A DNA stretch of 64,000 nucleotides from Chiloscyllium plagiosum (GCF_004010195.1 NC_057753.1:8910806-8974805); one strand, 5' to 3'. Positions 13,254 to 26,200 are shown, counted from the stretch's first letter. The notes: generated by a model not told the origin, from the letters alone. Numbers and translations are program-made.

Positions 13254-14413
13254 TACCCAATAAACCCAGTGTGACGATTTCACATCAACAAACTGACACA
13301 AGCAGACACAACGTCTGCAGAAACCCTCGCCACATTACTTTACATTAAAGACATCTGTGAAATGATTTCCAGACAACTCAAGCCTCTCAGCATTAAACAA
13401 CGGCTAGTGAACCTTAAATAACCTACACAAACAACCAGCAAACGAATGTTATTTACAAAATACCATACAAGGAAATATATACATGAACTCTGCCGCACAG
13501 TTCTCTGTGGCAAGAAATGCTGGGATGAGATAAGGAAGATTTTTTCAGCCAAAACGAATCGGCACTAACTGGACAGCCATTTACAATCACCCCTGTCAGC
13601 CCAGGATGGAAGACCCGAAGGGATGAACAGTTTTCTTATTTCCTGAAGATTTACAAAGCTGAGACTGGGTTTTGGCGTTTCTTCCCTTTCCACTCCCAGG
13701 AGCCTCAGTGGTTGGGGCGGTGAGTAGGCGAAAGTGAAATGTGCCCGTGAGCAGCGTGTGGGGCTATTTCAGCTTCCCCTTCTCTGACAGCGCTGTGACG
13801 TGCCTCTGATGTTCTCAGGGACACTTACTGACGCGAGACAGTGAAAAGAGTCTGGTTCCTGCAGATCAGGAATTCAAACCTTATGCCGGCTTCAGGACAA
13901 TGAGAAAGATTAATTGGGGTGTGAGAAGAAGCTGTGAGCTGCATTTCAAACAGGAAGGTGGAGTCAGATGCGTCTCCATTGCGCCCCTGGCACTGTGCGT
14001 ACCTGACGCCGCCATGATGCAGAGTTCTGACGTTACAACGGACATGCACAGCAATGGGAACATTGACAAGGTGAACAGCCAAAGATAATCACCGTCACTG
14101 CTTCCCTTCCATCGTCCCAACTTTGTGAAGCAGTATCTTTCACTGGCAAATAAAACACCTTTGACCTCAGGTGCCTGCTTCATTTCGATCACGACTTCAC
14201 TCCCCTCACTGTTCTAGTCTCATTTCCAAACACTTGGCTCATAGCCTCAAAACCAGCTCTGTGGGTATCTGCTTGTTGCACCCTGACAAGCAGTGGGTTG
14301 CAGATTCCCGACCAGTCCCAATGTGATTGAAATATTTCAACCCCTTCACTGATTTGCATCTTTAAAAAAAAACGTGGAGCAATCTCCCTTTCTTTTTGAC
14401 GACAGTTCTCAAC

Positions 14414-14496
14414 TGTACTCGGCAGGGTTCACACCTGCGTGGGGAAACCGCAATGGATTTCATGTCCATCGTATTCGCCATTCGGCCCACCAATAC
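14414..14496 (-). pseudogene. tRNA-Ser(TGA) pseudogene
   Basis: rc contains GATGGACATGAAATCCATTGCGGTTTCCCCACGCAGGTGTGAACCCTGCCGA, a Ser body with long variable arm. B box degenerate. Confidence 0.8.
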
Positions 14497-14991
14497 AGAA
14501 CCACACTGACAGCTTCATTTCCCAGGTCTCTCTGCCTGTGGAGCTGAGAAAGAGTGAATCATTGCAGAGTTTGTTTGAATCCAATCACTTCACAGGTTTC
14601 GAAAGGGTTAAATATCTGCAAATGGCGTGTCTGGGTGTTTCATCCCGAAAGATGAAATGGACGATCAGTTAAAAACAAAACCAGAAATGGCAGGAGCAAC
14701 TCAGCAGGTCAGGCAGCATCTGTAGAAAGAGAATCAGAGACAACATTTCAGAACTCTTTTTTTTCCTCATCCAGGTACAGCCAAACCTACTGAGTTGCTC
14801 CAGCAGTTTCGCTTTCTGTCTCGGACTCTCAGCATCCGAAGTCCTTTTCGTTAGAAATTCAATCAATTCAGAAACCCCTTTGTGCTTCCTCAGTGGAAAA
14901 GATTTCCGTTTGAGAAACATTTTCCTGACACCATTAAAAACGCGCATCTTTGCAGCCAATAAAGCCGTAGGAGCGAGAACAACAAACGCTC

Positions 14992-15065
14992 CGTCCCTGG
15001 GTGGTCTCGAATCACCAACCTTTGGCTTAACAGCCGAACGCGCTGACCAATTGCGCCACAGAGAC
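14992..15065 (-). pseudogene. tRNA-Asn(GTT), probable pseudogene
   Basis: rc GTCTCTGTGGCGCAATTGGTCAGCGCGTTCGGCTGTTAAGCCAAAGGTTGGTGATTCGAGACCACCCAGGGACG; anticodon-stem mismatches. Confidence 0.85.
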
Positions 15066-16439
15066 AGGTCCGAGCCGTCCTCCACAGTCTCGTTGAGGAA
15101 GCTACTATTCAATTCATAATTCAACCTGCCCCGCCCAGAATTACCATTGCCTTCTGTCAGTTTTACTTTTCATAATAAAGCCTTGGACATTCATTGTGGA
15201 GACATGGGGTCAGTCTGATCCCACCATCTGCAGGCACATCCATGTCACGAGGAACTAGCTCTCCTACACCGGGGCCATCGCCCTCCGATCCTTTCAGTGT
15301 TTTGCCTCTTCCCGAATTTTCTTATTGGCCCCGAGCCGAGAAGGGGTTTGAATTCCTGATGTGCAGAGTATTCTTTCAATGCCTCGGGTCACTTCATGTC
15401 CTGAGAATATCAGAGTCAATATCCCGGCCTCTTTAACAAGGGGACAGTGTCAGGACTGTCTCTGCTCAGTCGGACAGTTCATCTTTCTTCTCCTCGAATT
15501 CCACTTCCCAAAGAGTTTCCAAAGATGCACAAAGCTGGAGACTGGGATTTCTGTTTTACTTCCTGAACATTATTCCACCTGCTAACTGACAATATTTTGA
15601 CAAAACCGCTTCCCCATTGTAACATTTGCATCATGTCCAGGGGTGAGCAATTTCCATTTTGTGGAGACATCCCAAGTTTGGAAATGTTCTCTTTGGAGCA
15701 AAGAAGGTTAACTGGAGATTTCCAGAGGCTTTTGTCAATGATGGGAGAAGACGTGGTGGGAATGGGCAGGTTAATGATCAGAAGAACCCATTGCCACTGA
15801 CTTGGGTCAGTAACCAGAGGACAAGGATGAAGTTCTTTAATGGAAAGCAGCACTTGTGTAGAACAAACACAACGAATACTGCAGAAAGCCAACGGGTCGA
15901 GCAGCGTCTGTGGAAAGGTAAACAGAGCCGACGTTTTGAGTGTGCTACGGCTTTTGTTCAGAACTCAGTGTTTTGCCTCTTCCCGAAGTTGGTCCAGGTC
16001 TGTATCTCAATTGGCAAACACATGGCAAGTGCAGTGCCGCAATGTGAAGTTATAGCCTTTGCTGTTTTAAAAAAAGAAGTGCATTGTTTAAATGGTGAGA
16101 TATTGGAATGTGGAAAAAGTGAGGACGAGAGGTGAAAGTCGAAAAATGTGGTACTGGAAAAGCACAACAGGTCAGGCAGCATCTGAGGAGCAGGACAATG
16201 AACGTTTCGGGCACAAGCCCTTCAACAGGAATGATGTATGGATGTACAAAGGGGTCACAGAGTCCCTCCACACCAGTCAATGCCTGTTGTCAGGCAGATG
16301 CAGCAGGCAATGAGCAAGGCAAGTGGTATATTACGAAGAGGAATTCAGTTCAGAAGTGGGGTCATTGAGTTTTGAACAACAAGAAGTTCATGGTTATGGG
16401 GGGAGGTAAGAAAATGGTTTTAAGACCAGTACAGGTCAG

Positions 16440-17990
16440 TCACAGAGTCAGACAACACTGAACAGACCCTTCATCCAACTTGTCCATGCTGAGTGTGTTC
16501 TCAAACTAAACTCGTTCCACCTACCAGTGTTTGGCCCATAAACCTTCGAACCTTTCATATTCATGTACTTATCCAAATGTCTTTTAAACGTTGGAACTGT
16601 ACGTGTATAAAATCATGAGGGGTATGGATAGGATAAATAGACAAAGTCTTTTCCTTGGGGTGGGGGAGTCCAGAACGAGAGGGCATTAGTTTAGCGTTAG
16701 AGGGGAAAGATACAAAAGAGATCTAAGGGGCAACTTTTTCACGCAGAGGATCGTACGTTTATTGAATAAACTGCCAGAGGAAGTGATGAAGTCGAGTACG
16801 ATTGCAACATTTGAAATGCATTTGGTTAGGTATATGAGTAGGAAGGGTTTGGAGGGATATGGGGCCGTGTGCTGTCAGGTGGGACTAGATTGGGTTGGGA
16901 TAGTTGGTCGACATGGACAAGTTGGACCAAACAGTCTGTTTCTGTGCTGTACATCTCTATGACTCTATGACTTCCTCTGGACATTCATTCTGCACTCAGA
17001 CCACTCTCTTAAAAACAATCCTTGTCCTGTCTTTATAAAAGCTTTCTCTACTCACTTCAAAATATTTGCTCCCAGATCCTGAAACCCCAAGCTGAGGGAA
17101 AGGACACCGGTTGTTCACCTCATCCGTATCCCTCATGATTTTATAATCCTCTCAATCTCCTATGTTCCAGTGAGAAAAGTTCCAGCATATCCACCCTAGA
17201 TGTAGTTATACTCATATCCAGTTATTTTTTTTTTAGATTAGATTACAGTGTGGAAACAGGCTCTTCGGCCCAACAAGTCCACACCGACCCGCCGAAGCGA
17301 AACCCACCCATACCCCTACATTTACCCCTTACCTAACACTACGGGCAATTTAGTATGGCCAATTCACCTGACTCTGCACTATGAAGTGTTCAATGCTGGT
17401 GCAGGCTGGAAAGATCAAGTGGTCTACTCCTGCTCCCAATTTATCCTGGCTGCTACGTTTCTCAGCCCCATTCTCCCATTTTCTCCCCGCAACTCTCAAC
17501 CCTTGATACTCTATCTCAGTGTTAAACATACTCAGTGACCTGGCCTCCACACCTTTCTGTGACAATTAATTCCATAGATTCACCACTCCCTAGCGAAAGA
17601 AATTTCTCTTAATCTCCATTCTCCCTTTATGCTTAGGCTATGCCCATGGGTATTAGTCTCTCCTCCCAATGAAAACCTCTTCACAATGTCCACTATGTCC
17701 AGGCCGTTCAATATTCTGTACGTTTTAGTTAGATCCCCCTTGAATGTGGGTCTGTTAATCAGCATGAACCAAACCCTTCAGGATGAGGACAGCAGGGATT
17801 AGGTTCAACAAAATGAGAATGGAGGGTGAGTGTGTGGGATGGAGATTTTCAGCTTTTAGGGAATAAGATGGGAAATTTTTTTTAATATAAATTATAATTG
17901 ATCAGATGAGCCTATGGGCCAAGGAGTAGTGGACGGAGTTTAATTTAGACAAATATGAGCTGTTGGATTTTGATGAGGCAAATCAGGGCT
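16440..17990. mobile_element. Cluster of CR1 3'-end fragments in both orientations (paralog 41150-42570); similar fragments at ~3840-4920, 5860-6600, 8900-9620, 20280-20650, 40610-41250
   Basis: RRLRGDL, NFFTQRVV..WN.LP motifs and (ctctatga)n tails. Confidence 0.85.
17226..17379 (-). mobile_element. 5'-truncated young HE1-like SINE
   Basis: Near-identical to the 3' half of 27168-27481. Empty site in the right arm at ~41768. Confidence 0.85.
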
Positions 17991-20900
17991 TGACCTATGT
18001 GGTTAATGGTAAATTAATGGAATTCTGTGCTCAAGGAAGCAGTAGAGGCATTTTCATTAAGACACTGTTGGATGGGTTTTTGCGTGGTAGCGGAATTAAG
18101 GGTAGTTGAGATAATGCAATTTGGAGGAGCTGAGATGATTGACAGATCAACCATGATTTTAATGAATGGAAGAACAGGGTCGATGGGCCAAATGGCCTAC
18201 TCCTTCTATTACTTTGAAACTATAACCCTGTGTTTCCCATGGCTAACCTACCTAACCTGCACATCCCTGCACACTGGGCAATTTAGCATGGCCAATCCAA
18301 ATCAAGGCCAGTGAGCAATGTCGTGATGTGGAAATCAAATATCAGAGAATGATAGAAAGTGACAAGGAGAATAAATGTACTAGCAATCAAAACTGGATTC
18401 TAACCATCACAAAAAATAAAACTAAAAGCTCAGTATGGGAATGTGTGCTGCATTGTAACAAAAGCGAATTAATTGTCTGCACACGTTGAAGAGAATAATT
18501 ATGATCTGAGACTCCTTACAGAGATATGGCTTCAGAATGACATGGATTGGATCCGGAATATCGAGGGGATACGTAGCATTCAAGTCGAGTGAGAGGCTCA
18601 GTGAAGGTAGAGGGTGGGCACTGCTAATCAAAGCACTGATAACATGGTAGTCTGGTGTCAGCTCGGATTTCAGGTCCCGATTTCTCTGTCCTCTGGTCTC
18701 CCTGTTCCCACAGAGTTAAATGTTGTCTGTTCTCAGCTCTGCTCGATTTCTGCTGAGTCTTTGACCCCCTTTTACACCTTCTGGAGCAATAAAATATTCT
18801 GAGCCTCCTGGAAATGACACCTTATCTCTTCCTCTCTTGATTTTAAAAATCTCTATAAAGTTATCTGTCAACTTGCTAGGCTCCGTTGGAAAAATGTCCC
18901 AGCTTCTTCTTAACTCAAACCCTCCATTCCCAGCAGCACGCTGGTAAAGTAGGGAATAGCGAATTGTATCAAATCACATAAATGTACTGTCTGAAATAAT
19001 CTGGCTGTGTTCTTGGCTGAGATATTGAGAGTCCCTGGTGTAAGTAATTACGAATGCAGTTATTTTGGTCACAGAATTGAACAATCATTTTGCAACAAAG
19101 GGGTCTACTCTGATAAGGAGGCAGTGGTCATTTCTAGGGTAAGTGAACAGTTTGTAGATCAGGGAGATGAAGTTCCAGACACTTGGGAAAGGCAAGAAAT
19201 GACTGTGATAAATAAGACAAAGAACTGTGGATGCTGGAAATCTGAAACAAAAACTGACAACACTGGAAAAACTCAGCAGGACTGGAAGCATATGTGGAGA
19301 GAAAGCAGAGTTAAGGTTTCCAGTCCAACAACTCCTCTTCAGGATTCTGAAATAGTTTGTGAGAACCTCTTGAGACTACTGCTCCGCTTTAAGACCATAA
19401 TACACAGGAGCAGGATGAGGCCAGTTGGCCCATCGAGCCTGCTCCACCAGTCGATCATGGCTGATATATTTCTCCATCCCATTCTGCTGCCTTCTCCTCA
19501 TAACCCTTGACCCCTTACTAATCAAGAACCTATCTCTGTCTTAAATGCCCTCAATGACTTGGCATCCTCAACCCTTCTCCTAGTGGAAACATCATCTCCA
19601 CATCCACACTATCCGGTCATAGTGTAGCACAGCGCTGCCTGACCCACTGTGATCTTCAGCATTTCTTGTTTTCAGGAAGGATTCCAGCATCTACAACAAC
19701 GCGCTTCTAAATTTTGTACCCAGTTGGTTAGCTCTCCCTGGATCCCGTGAGATTTAACCTTACTCAACAATCCACTGCGTGGTACAATTAACAAAGTTCC
19801 CAGTCCCCACCTCTTTTTGCACACGTAAGTAGCATGATGGATCAGTGGTGAGCACTGCTGCCTAACCGCACCAATGACCCGCGTTCGATTCCAGCCTTGG
19901 GGCGACTGTCTGTGTGGAGTTTGCACATTCTCCCTGCCGTGTCTGCGTGGGTTTCCTTCGGCTGCTCTGGTTTCCTCCCAAAGTCTAACGATGTGCAGTT
20001 TCGGGAGAAGTGACCATACTAAATGGGCCCATAGTGTGCAGTAAGTGTAGTGTAATGGGATAGGGGAACGTGTCTGCATGGGTTACACTTTGGATGGTCG
20101 GTGTGGACTTGTTGGGCTGAATGGCGTGTGTCCAAATTGTAGGAATTCTACGTGGCATTCCCCCAACTCCAGAGTCTCAGCACTCTTGGCTTTTCCCATG
20201 GGCAATGTTGGCGAGGGAAACAATGTTTTACACGGGAGGAAGCTTCGGTGAGTGTGAAGCTAAAGGTACACGCAGTGCATTGCTTGAGCTGTTTTCCCCG
20301 GCATACCAGAGGCTGAGGGGTGACCTTACAGACGTTTATAGAGTCATGCGAGGCATGGATAGGTTAAATAGACAAGGTCATTTCCCTGGGATGGGGAAAG
20401 TCCAGAACAGGAGGGTAATATGTTTGGGGTGAGGGAGGCAAGTGTCAGGCATGATCTGCCGGAGGAAGTAGTGGATGTAGGTCCAATTATAACATTTGAA
20501 AGGCGTCTGGATGGATATATGAATAGGAAGAGTTCAGAGGGATATGGGCCAAGTGCTGGTAAATGAGACGAGATTAATTTAGGCTATCTGGTCGGCACGG
20601 ATGAGTTGGACCGAAGCACCAGTTTTTGTGTTGTGTATCTCTATGACTCTGGCTTGCCCGTAATGTTTGCCATGTCTGTATGTTCAGTTTCTGTCTGGTG
20701 TCGGTGCCAATGCCTTGATATCTCATTTCCTCCACCTCCCCAGATGTTAACCATTGCGTATCTGGTTGTTTCTCAAGAAGCTGCATTGAAGGTTCATCCT
20801 GAATTGATACTTTTTTTTGCTTCCCAAAATCAGACTTACTCACTTCTAGATGTCGTGAAAGATACTAACTTTCAGGTGGAGGTATCCAAATTTCAGAGGT

Positions 20901-21454
20901 GTCTGTCTTGATGTTTTCACTTTTTGGTCTCTGTAAGATCCTGAATCAGTACCATCGGGAGAATTAATTTGAGTGGGGTGAGAATAGAGGGGTGAGAGGG
21001 GGTGGGATGGTGCTTTCAATTTTGTGGAAAAAGAAAAAAATGATCTGCGGAAAGTAGAATTGCTTGTTTGGAATTTCTAACCTGGACTGACAGTGATGAC
21101 TTTTGTAATCTCTTTTTACAGATTATTTGTAGATCTGAAGACGGAAGTTTCAATATCAATAGCTGAAGGGCTTTGCCTGAAACATTGACTCGACTGCTCC
21201 TCAGATGCTGCCTGATCTGCTGTGATTTTCCAGCATTGCACTTTGACTCTGACCTTTCAGCATTTGCAGTCCTCAATTTCACGTCAATGTCTGACAGTCA
21301 CTGAATCCATCGGGACTATAACAAATTTCGACTATGATTCTGTGAGAAGGAACCAAGCTTTTTGGTTCCTGTTTCAGTACGTTTTCAACATCAGTGATGA
21401 ATTCACGGCAGAGAGGTGCTGTACACGCGTTTGTGTGCAGGTGAAGCTTCGGTC

Positions 21455-22114
21455 ATGGAGAAACCTAAGGAATCCCGTCCCGTGGAGAAACCGCGGAAGT
21501 GTGGCGACTGTAGGAAAGGCTTCCGTTTTCCATCTGACCTGGAGACTCATGGGCGCAGTCACACCGGGGAGAGACTGTTCTCCTGCTCTGAGTGTGGAAA
21601 GGGCTTCAGCAATTCCACCCGCCTGATGAGCCATCAGCGGATCCACATTAGAGAGAGGCCCTTCAGCTGCCCAGAGTGCGGGAAGACCTATATCAATTGC
21701 TCTGTACTGCAGAGGTAACAGCAGGTCCACACGGGCGAGAGGCCATTCTCCTGCCCCGAATGCGGGAAGGCCTTCTGCTATTCCTCCGTCCTGTTGACCC
21801 ACCGCCGGGTACACATATTGGAGAAGCCCTTCAGCTGCTCCAAGTGCGGCAAGGCCTTCAACGATACCTCTGTCCTGCTGATGAACCAGCGTGTCCACAC
21901 CGGGGAGAGTCCGTTCTCCTGCCTCAAGTGCGAGAAGGGCTTTACCCAGGCATCCCACCTTCGGGCCCATACGGGGGAGAGGCCCTTCCCCTGCCCCGAG
22001 TGCAGGCGGAGGTTCTCATGATTCTGCACCTTGCAGAAGCACCAGCGGGCACACCAGTGCTCCCAACAATCTGATTCTGCTGGTGAAACTGCTGTGAGTC
22101 ACTGCGAGGACTGA
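21455..22114 (+). pseudogene. C2H2 zinc-finger pseudogene, 7 fingers in one frame, two in-frame stops
   Basis: MEKPKESRPVEKPRKCGDC...[14 protein letters not shown] repeats. TAA at 21716 and TGA at 22019. Finger 6 is shortened. Possible splice acceptor tgtgcag at 21440. Confidence 0.9.
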
Positions 22115-23260
22115 ACCCTGCCCATTCTGACAGTGCTTATAGTGGGAGAGTCGGTCGGATTTTTTTGTTTTATGCCGTCGTGCTCCCCCACCCCCGCAAC
22201 TTTGCTTCCAGTGGGCACTGCTGCTCGTTGAGACCAGGAGCTGTTCTCTCTAGTTTTTTTCTGTCCAGTTAAAGAATTATTGGCTCTGTCTGGGAACGAG
22301 CTCCAGTCTGAAAGAAATTGCTGAATACTTCAGGGTATCCATTCACATTCAGCAGTGACTTTGAAATTAAATTTACGGTTATGTGCCTGTGAACAACTCA
22401 TATTCGAAGGATTGCCCAACGGCTTGGCAATCCATTGTCGGGAACTGATTGCTGCAATTGATAATTTTAAAAATTCTCTTCCTTAATTTACCCCTTAAGT
22501 TTCTGTCTATGGGATGGTGGAGGACTTGATCATAAGGCTTAAATCATTGCTATTAACTGGATTATCTTGTTTAACTTTGCCCTAGTAAATTTGCGGTATT
22601 CATAATTGTTTGTTCTTGTTTAAATTATAATTCTGGTGTGCAAGATCTGTTCATCAAGTGTGGTCGTCTTGATGAACTGCTGTGGGTCACTCCCAGGACT
22701 GAGCCCCTGTGCATTCTGACAATGTGTGTGCAGTGGGAGAGTCAGTGGGCTTTTTTGTTTTATGCCCTTGCCCCACCCTGCCCCGCCGCCAACTTTGCTT
22801 CCATTGGGCGTTGCTGCTTGTTGAGCCCAGCAGCTGTTCTCTCTAGATTCTACTGTCCAGTTAAAGAATTGTTGGCTCTTTCTGGGAATGAGTCCCAGCC
22901 TGTAAGAAATGGCTGAATGCTTTGCGGTGTCTGTTCACATTCAGGAGTGACTTTTAAATTAGATTTACAGTTACGTGTCTGTGAAAAACTCATAGTCCAA
23001 GTATTGCACAAAGGCTTGGCGATACATTGTGTGAAACTGTTTGTTTGAATTGGTAAGTTTTTTAAAAAAAATCTTTCTTAATTTGCCGCTTAAATTTCTA
23101 TCTCTGAGATGATGGGGGACTTGATCAAAGGGTTTAAATCATTGCTATTAATTAGATTATCGACTTAACTTTGCCCTAGAAAAGTTGCTGTATTTATTAT
23201 TGTTGGTTTTTGTTCAAATTATAATGTTGATGTGAAAGATCTGTTCTTCATCAAGTCTGG
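22085..23260 (+). repeat. Older tandem duplication (~590 bp x2) of the ZNF 3' end and trailer
   Basis: gaaactgctgtgagtcact...ctgttcatcaagt at 22085-22660 is repeated at 22672-23257 with many substitutions. Confidence 0.85.
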
Positions 23261-26200
23261 TTCGGAACAGTTGAGAAATTGAGGGACATTGCATGTTTTA
23301 ATTTCACTGTGTTGTGAATCTGGTGACAGTGCCATTCATTTGTATTGGGTTGCTTACCCTTAATTGTAATGTCTTTCAGCCCAACTATTCACTATGAGAG
23401 TGAGTTCCACAGTCTCACCACACTCTGAGGTTTTTCATGAAATCCTTAGTACAAAATTGGAAGGGAAAATGTCGACGAGGGCAAAATATAGGGTCTGAAC
23501 TGCAAAAGCCAGGAAGGCATTCGACAAAGTAAAACCATGACAATGTAGGGACAAAAAAGGAACTTTGACAGCAATGAAGAGGTCACACGTCAGATTTCAA
23601 GATAATGGTCATGACAAAAAGAAAAAGTACTCTGCCGATATTGGATATTGTAATTAAGCAAGTTTCGAGATGCTGAAGAGATGAAATAACCAAAACCACG
23701 AATGTAATTTGATGTCGGTAACCATAAAGCAAGTGTATATTATTGATTGATATAGGTCAATTGCGTGCAAGTAGGCATTCAGCACATCGAGTCAACATTG
23801 ACTGACCGTCCCACCCAGACCCAGTTCGTTACCCTATCTCTGTCACCCTGCATCTCCCATGGTCAATCTACCCACACCTGCACATCCTTTAGACTGTGGG
23901 AGGAGGCCAGAGCACCAGAGGAAACCCACGCAGGCACAAGGGGAGAATGTGCAAACTCCACACAGACAGTCGGCCCGAGGGAGGAATGAAACCCAGATCA
24001 CTGATGCCGTGAGGCAGCAGTGCTAACCACCGCGCCACCACATGCTGCTCTCTAAAGAAGTGAATTTCAAAGATTCGGGAACACTTGAGAGAAAAACAAA
24101 ACTCTCCTATCTTAAATGAGAGGCTAGTCTCTGGCTAGAAATGAGTGACAATACATTTACCTTAAGTCCTCTCCAGATGTTATACAGCTCCATCAGATCA
24201 TCTGTTTCTTCTAAACTCAAACTGATACAAGCCCCGCCTGACATCCCCTTGTCCCCGATTATAAGTTGAGTAAATCAGCGACCCTCGACCTCACTGGCAT
24301 GACACAGGATGCCCTCAAGCCAAGTTGACCTTAATTGTCTAACCTCTTGACGCCCACGCCACCATGTGGTCAGCCGCAACTCAGCCCTGAACGAGAGCAG
24401 AGGAACTGAATAGACAGCAGTGAGGTGGACATTGCATTCCCAGAGAATATTGTTCAAGTGAGAATGTTGTTCAGCTCACATTCGGATCATTGCAGGGACC
24501 ATGACTCCTGTCATTTAAATATCTTTGATCCCAATAACAGTCTAGTTTTATTGTACATTTTTTGTGTTTTATCTGTGTTTCACTACATGATTTTCTGTTG
24601 CTGTCATTCCCATTAGGATGTGTGAATTTAGTACCAGATAGTAGTCTCAGTTCTGAATTTCCCTTGAGGATTGGTGTAGAACATACTAAGTGTCAGTCAT
24701 AATGGAAGAAGCTGTACTGTTTATTTAACCCTTTGCTGTCATTGTCCTGGAACTGTATGAACGGGGAAGTGTAGAGGCAGTTTTGCTCTGTATCTNNNNN
24801 NNNNNNNNNNNNNNNNNNNNNNNNNNNNNNNNNNNNNNNNNNNNNNNNNNNNNNNNNNNNNNNNNNNNNNNNNNNNNNNNNNNNNNNNNNNNNNNNNNNN
24901 NNNNNNNNNNNNNNNNNNNNNNNNNNNNNNNNNNNNNNNNNNNNNNNNNNNNNNNNNNNNNNNNNNNNNNNNNNNNNNNNNNNNNNNNNNNNNNNNNNNN
25001 NNNNNNNNNNNNNNNNNNNNNNNNNNNNNNNNNNNNNNNNNNNNNNNNNNNNNNNNNNNNNNNNNNNNNNNNNNNNNNNNNNNNNNNNNNNNNNNNNNNN
25101 NNNNNNNNNNNNNNNNNNNNNNNNNNNNNNNNNNNNNNNNNNNNNNNNNNNNNNNNNNNNNNNNNNNNNNNNNNNNNNNNNNNNNNNNNNNNNNNNNNNN
25201 NNNNNNNNNNNNNNNNNNNNNNNNNNNNNNNNNNNNNNNNNNNNNNNNNNNNNNNNNNNNNNNNNNNNNNNNNNNNNNNNNNNNNNNNNNNNNNNTTTGC
25301 GGGCAGAATTGAGATGTTCTGCGAAACATTCACCCAGTGTATGCATCATGCTACGTTGGGGAAACGACACTGTGAGCAGCGAATGCCGTAGACTAGGTTG
25401 TGGCAAATGTGCAGGCAAAGTGCTGCTTGACCTGGCAGGTATGTTAGAGCCCTTGGATATTCAGGAGGGAGCAGGTAAATGGGCAGGTGTTTCACATTCG
25501 GCGGTTGCAGGGGAAAGTGCCTTGGGACTATGGGAGGTGGGTGTGGTTGTTGAGAGTGAAGGAAGAGTGGACCTGAGGTGTAAGCCCTGCCCATTTACCT
25601 TCTCTTTTACATAAATCGTGAAGTTGGAAGAAAGTTCCATAGAATGATTCAGTACCATGTGACTCATGAACTAATTTGTATTCATGTTCCGGGCCAGCAT
25701 CATTATTGTGTCACAGCAGCTGCAGGCCATCACCGGGGGCCCGCCGTATGACGTCACGGTACGGCTGGAAGCCTCGGGACAGTTTATCAAAGGAACCTCC
25801 CTGTGGGTCAGGGCAACCCTGCATCGGAAAGCACTGAGATGGTCAACCACTACCAGTTAACATGGGGAACACATCTCCACATTACGCAGTCTCGAGGCAA
25901 ACTTCCCGTCTTTCCACTTAAAGCTCAAGAGCACTCAAAACGAAATTCCCCAGGTAAGTTTGGAAGAATTTTTTCCAGGTGTTCGCAAAGTATATCTATG
26001 AGCACTTTGTTAAAGTTTGAAGTTTGCAAGTGTTGAAATGTTGTGCTTTTGAGCGAAATCACAGTTCGAAAAAACAGAATGTGGGAATTTAGACAGAGTT
26101 TACATTTGCGCGTCGGCAATATGTCTGCGGGTGCGTGATGGGAGCATCACACAGAAGGGAAACCATCTCTCCTATTCACTCAATGTCCTCTTTAGCAGCT

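Larger units (their letters stand above)
11230..13480 (+). mobile_element. Degraded Penelope-like retroelement (RT region) with an inverted segment and a nested insert; paralogs ~45530-47730 and ~54995-55780
   Basis: Translations MMSFDTTALFTSI, LVELCLT.HFIF, PVSGFLAEAIM, LWVRYSDDTFVI, VPFLDVTV, SVYRK match Penelope-type RT. 11260-11560 is an inverted copy of the downstream RT part. Confidence 0.85.
3100..21043 (+). repeat. Left arm of large inverted segmental duplication
   Basis: Reverse complement is collinear with 35534-61305. Examples: ORFs 19007-19510(+)/37048-37551(-), 8610-8849(-)/50164-50406(+), 6158-6436(+)/52581-52802(-), 3444-3632(+)/60739-60930(-). Confidence 0.95.

Noticed and set aside
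14080..14360. Possible snRNA or histone-type locus (gcagtatc, ATTTGCAT at ~14352)
   Set aside because: No extended match to any spliceosomal snRNA I recognise and no histone ORF; the octamer is not conserved in the array paralogs.
19007..19510. 167-aa ORF open in both arms (37048-37551)
   Set aside because: GTG start, built from SINE/LINE remnants, many amino-acid changes between copies and no recognisable domain.
21374..21970. 198-aa minus-strand ORF
   Set aside because: Antisense shadow of the zinc-finger repeat.
24693..25418. Long ORFs of 196-241 aa (also 34983-35400 and 58812-59264)
   Set aside because: Artefacts of N runs.
25745..25760. TGACGTCA (CRE) in a GC-rich patch
   Set aside because: A single short motif with no associated gene evidence.
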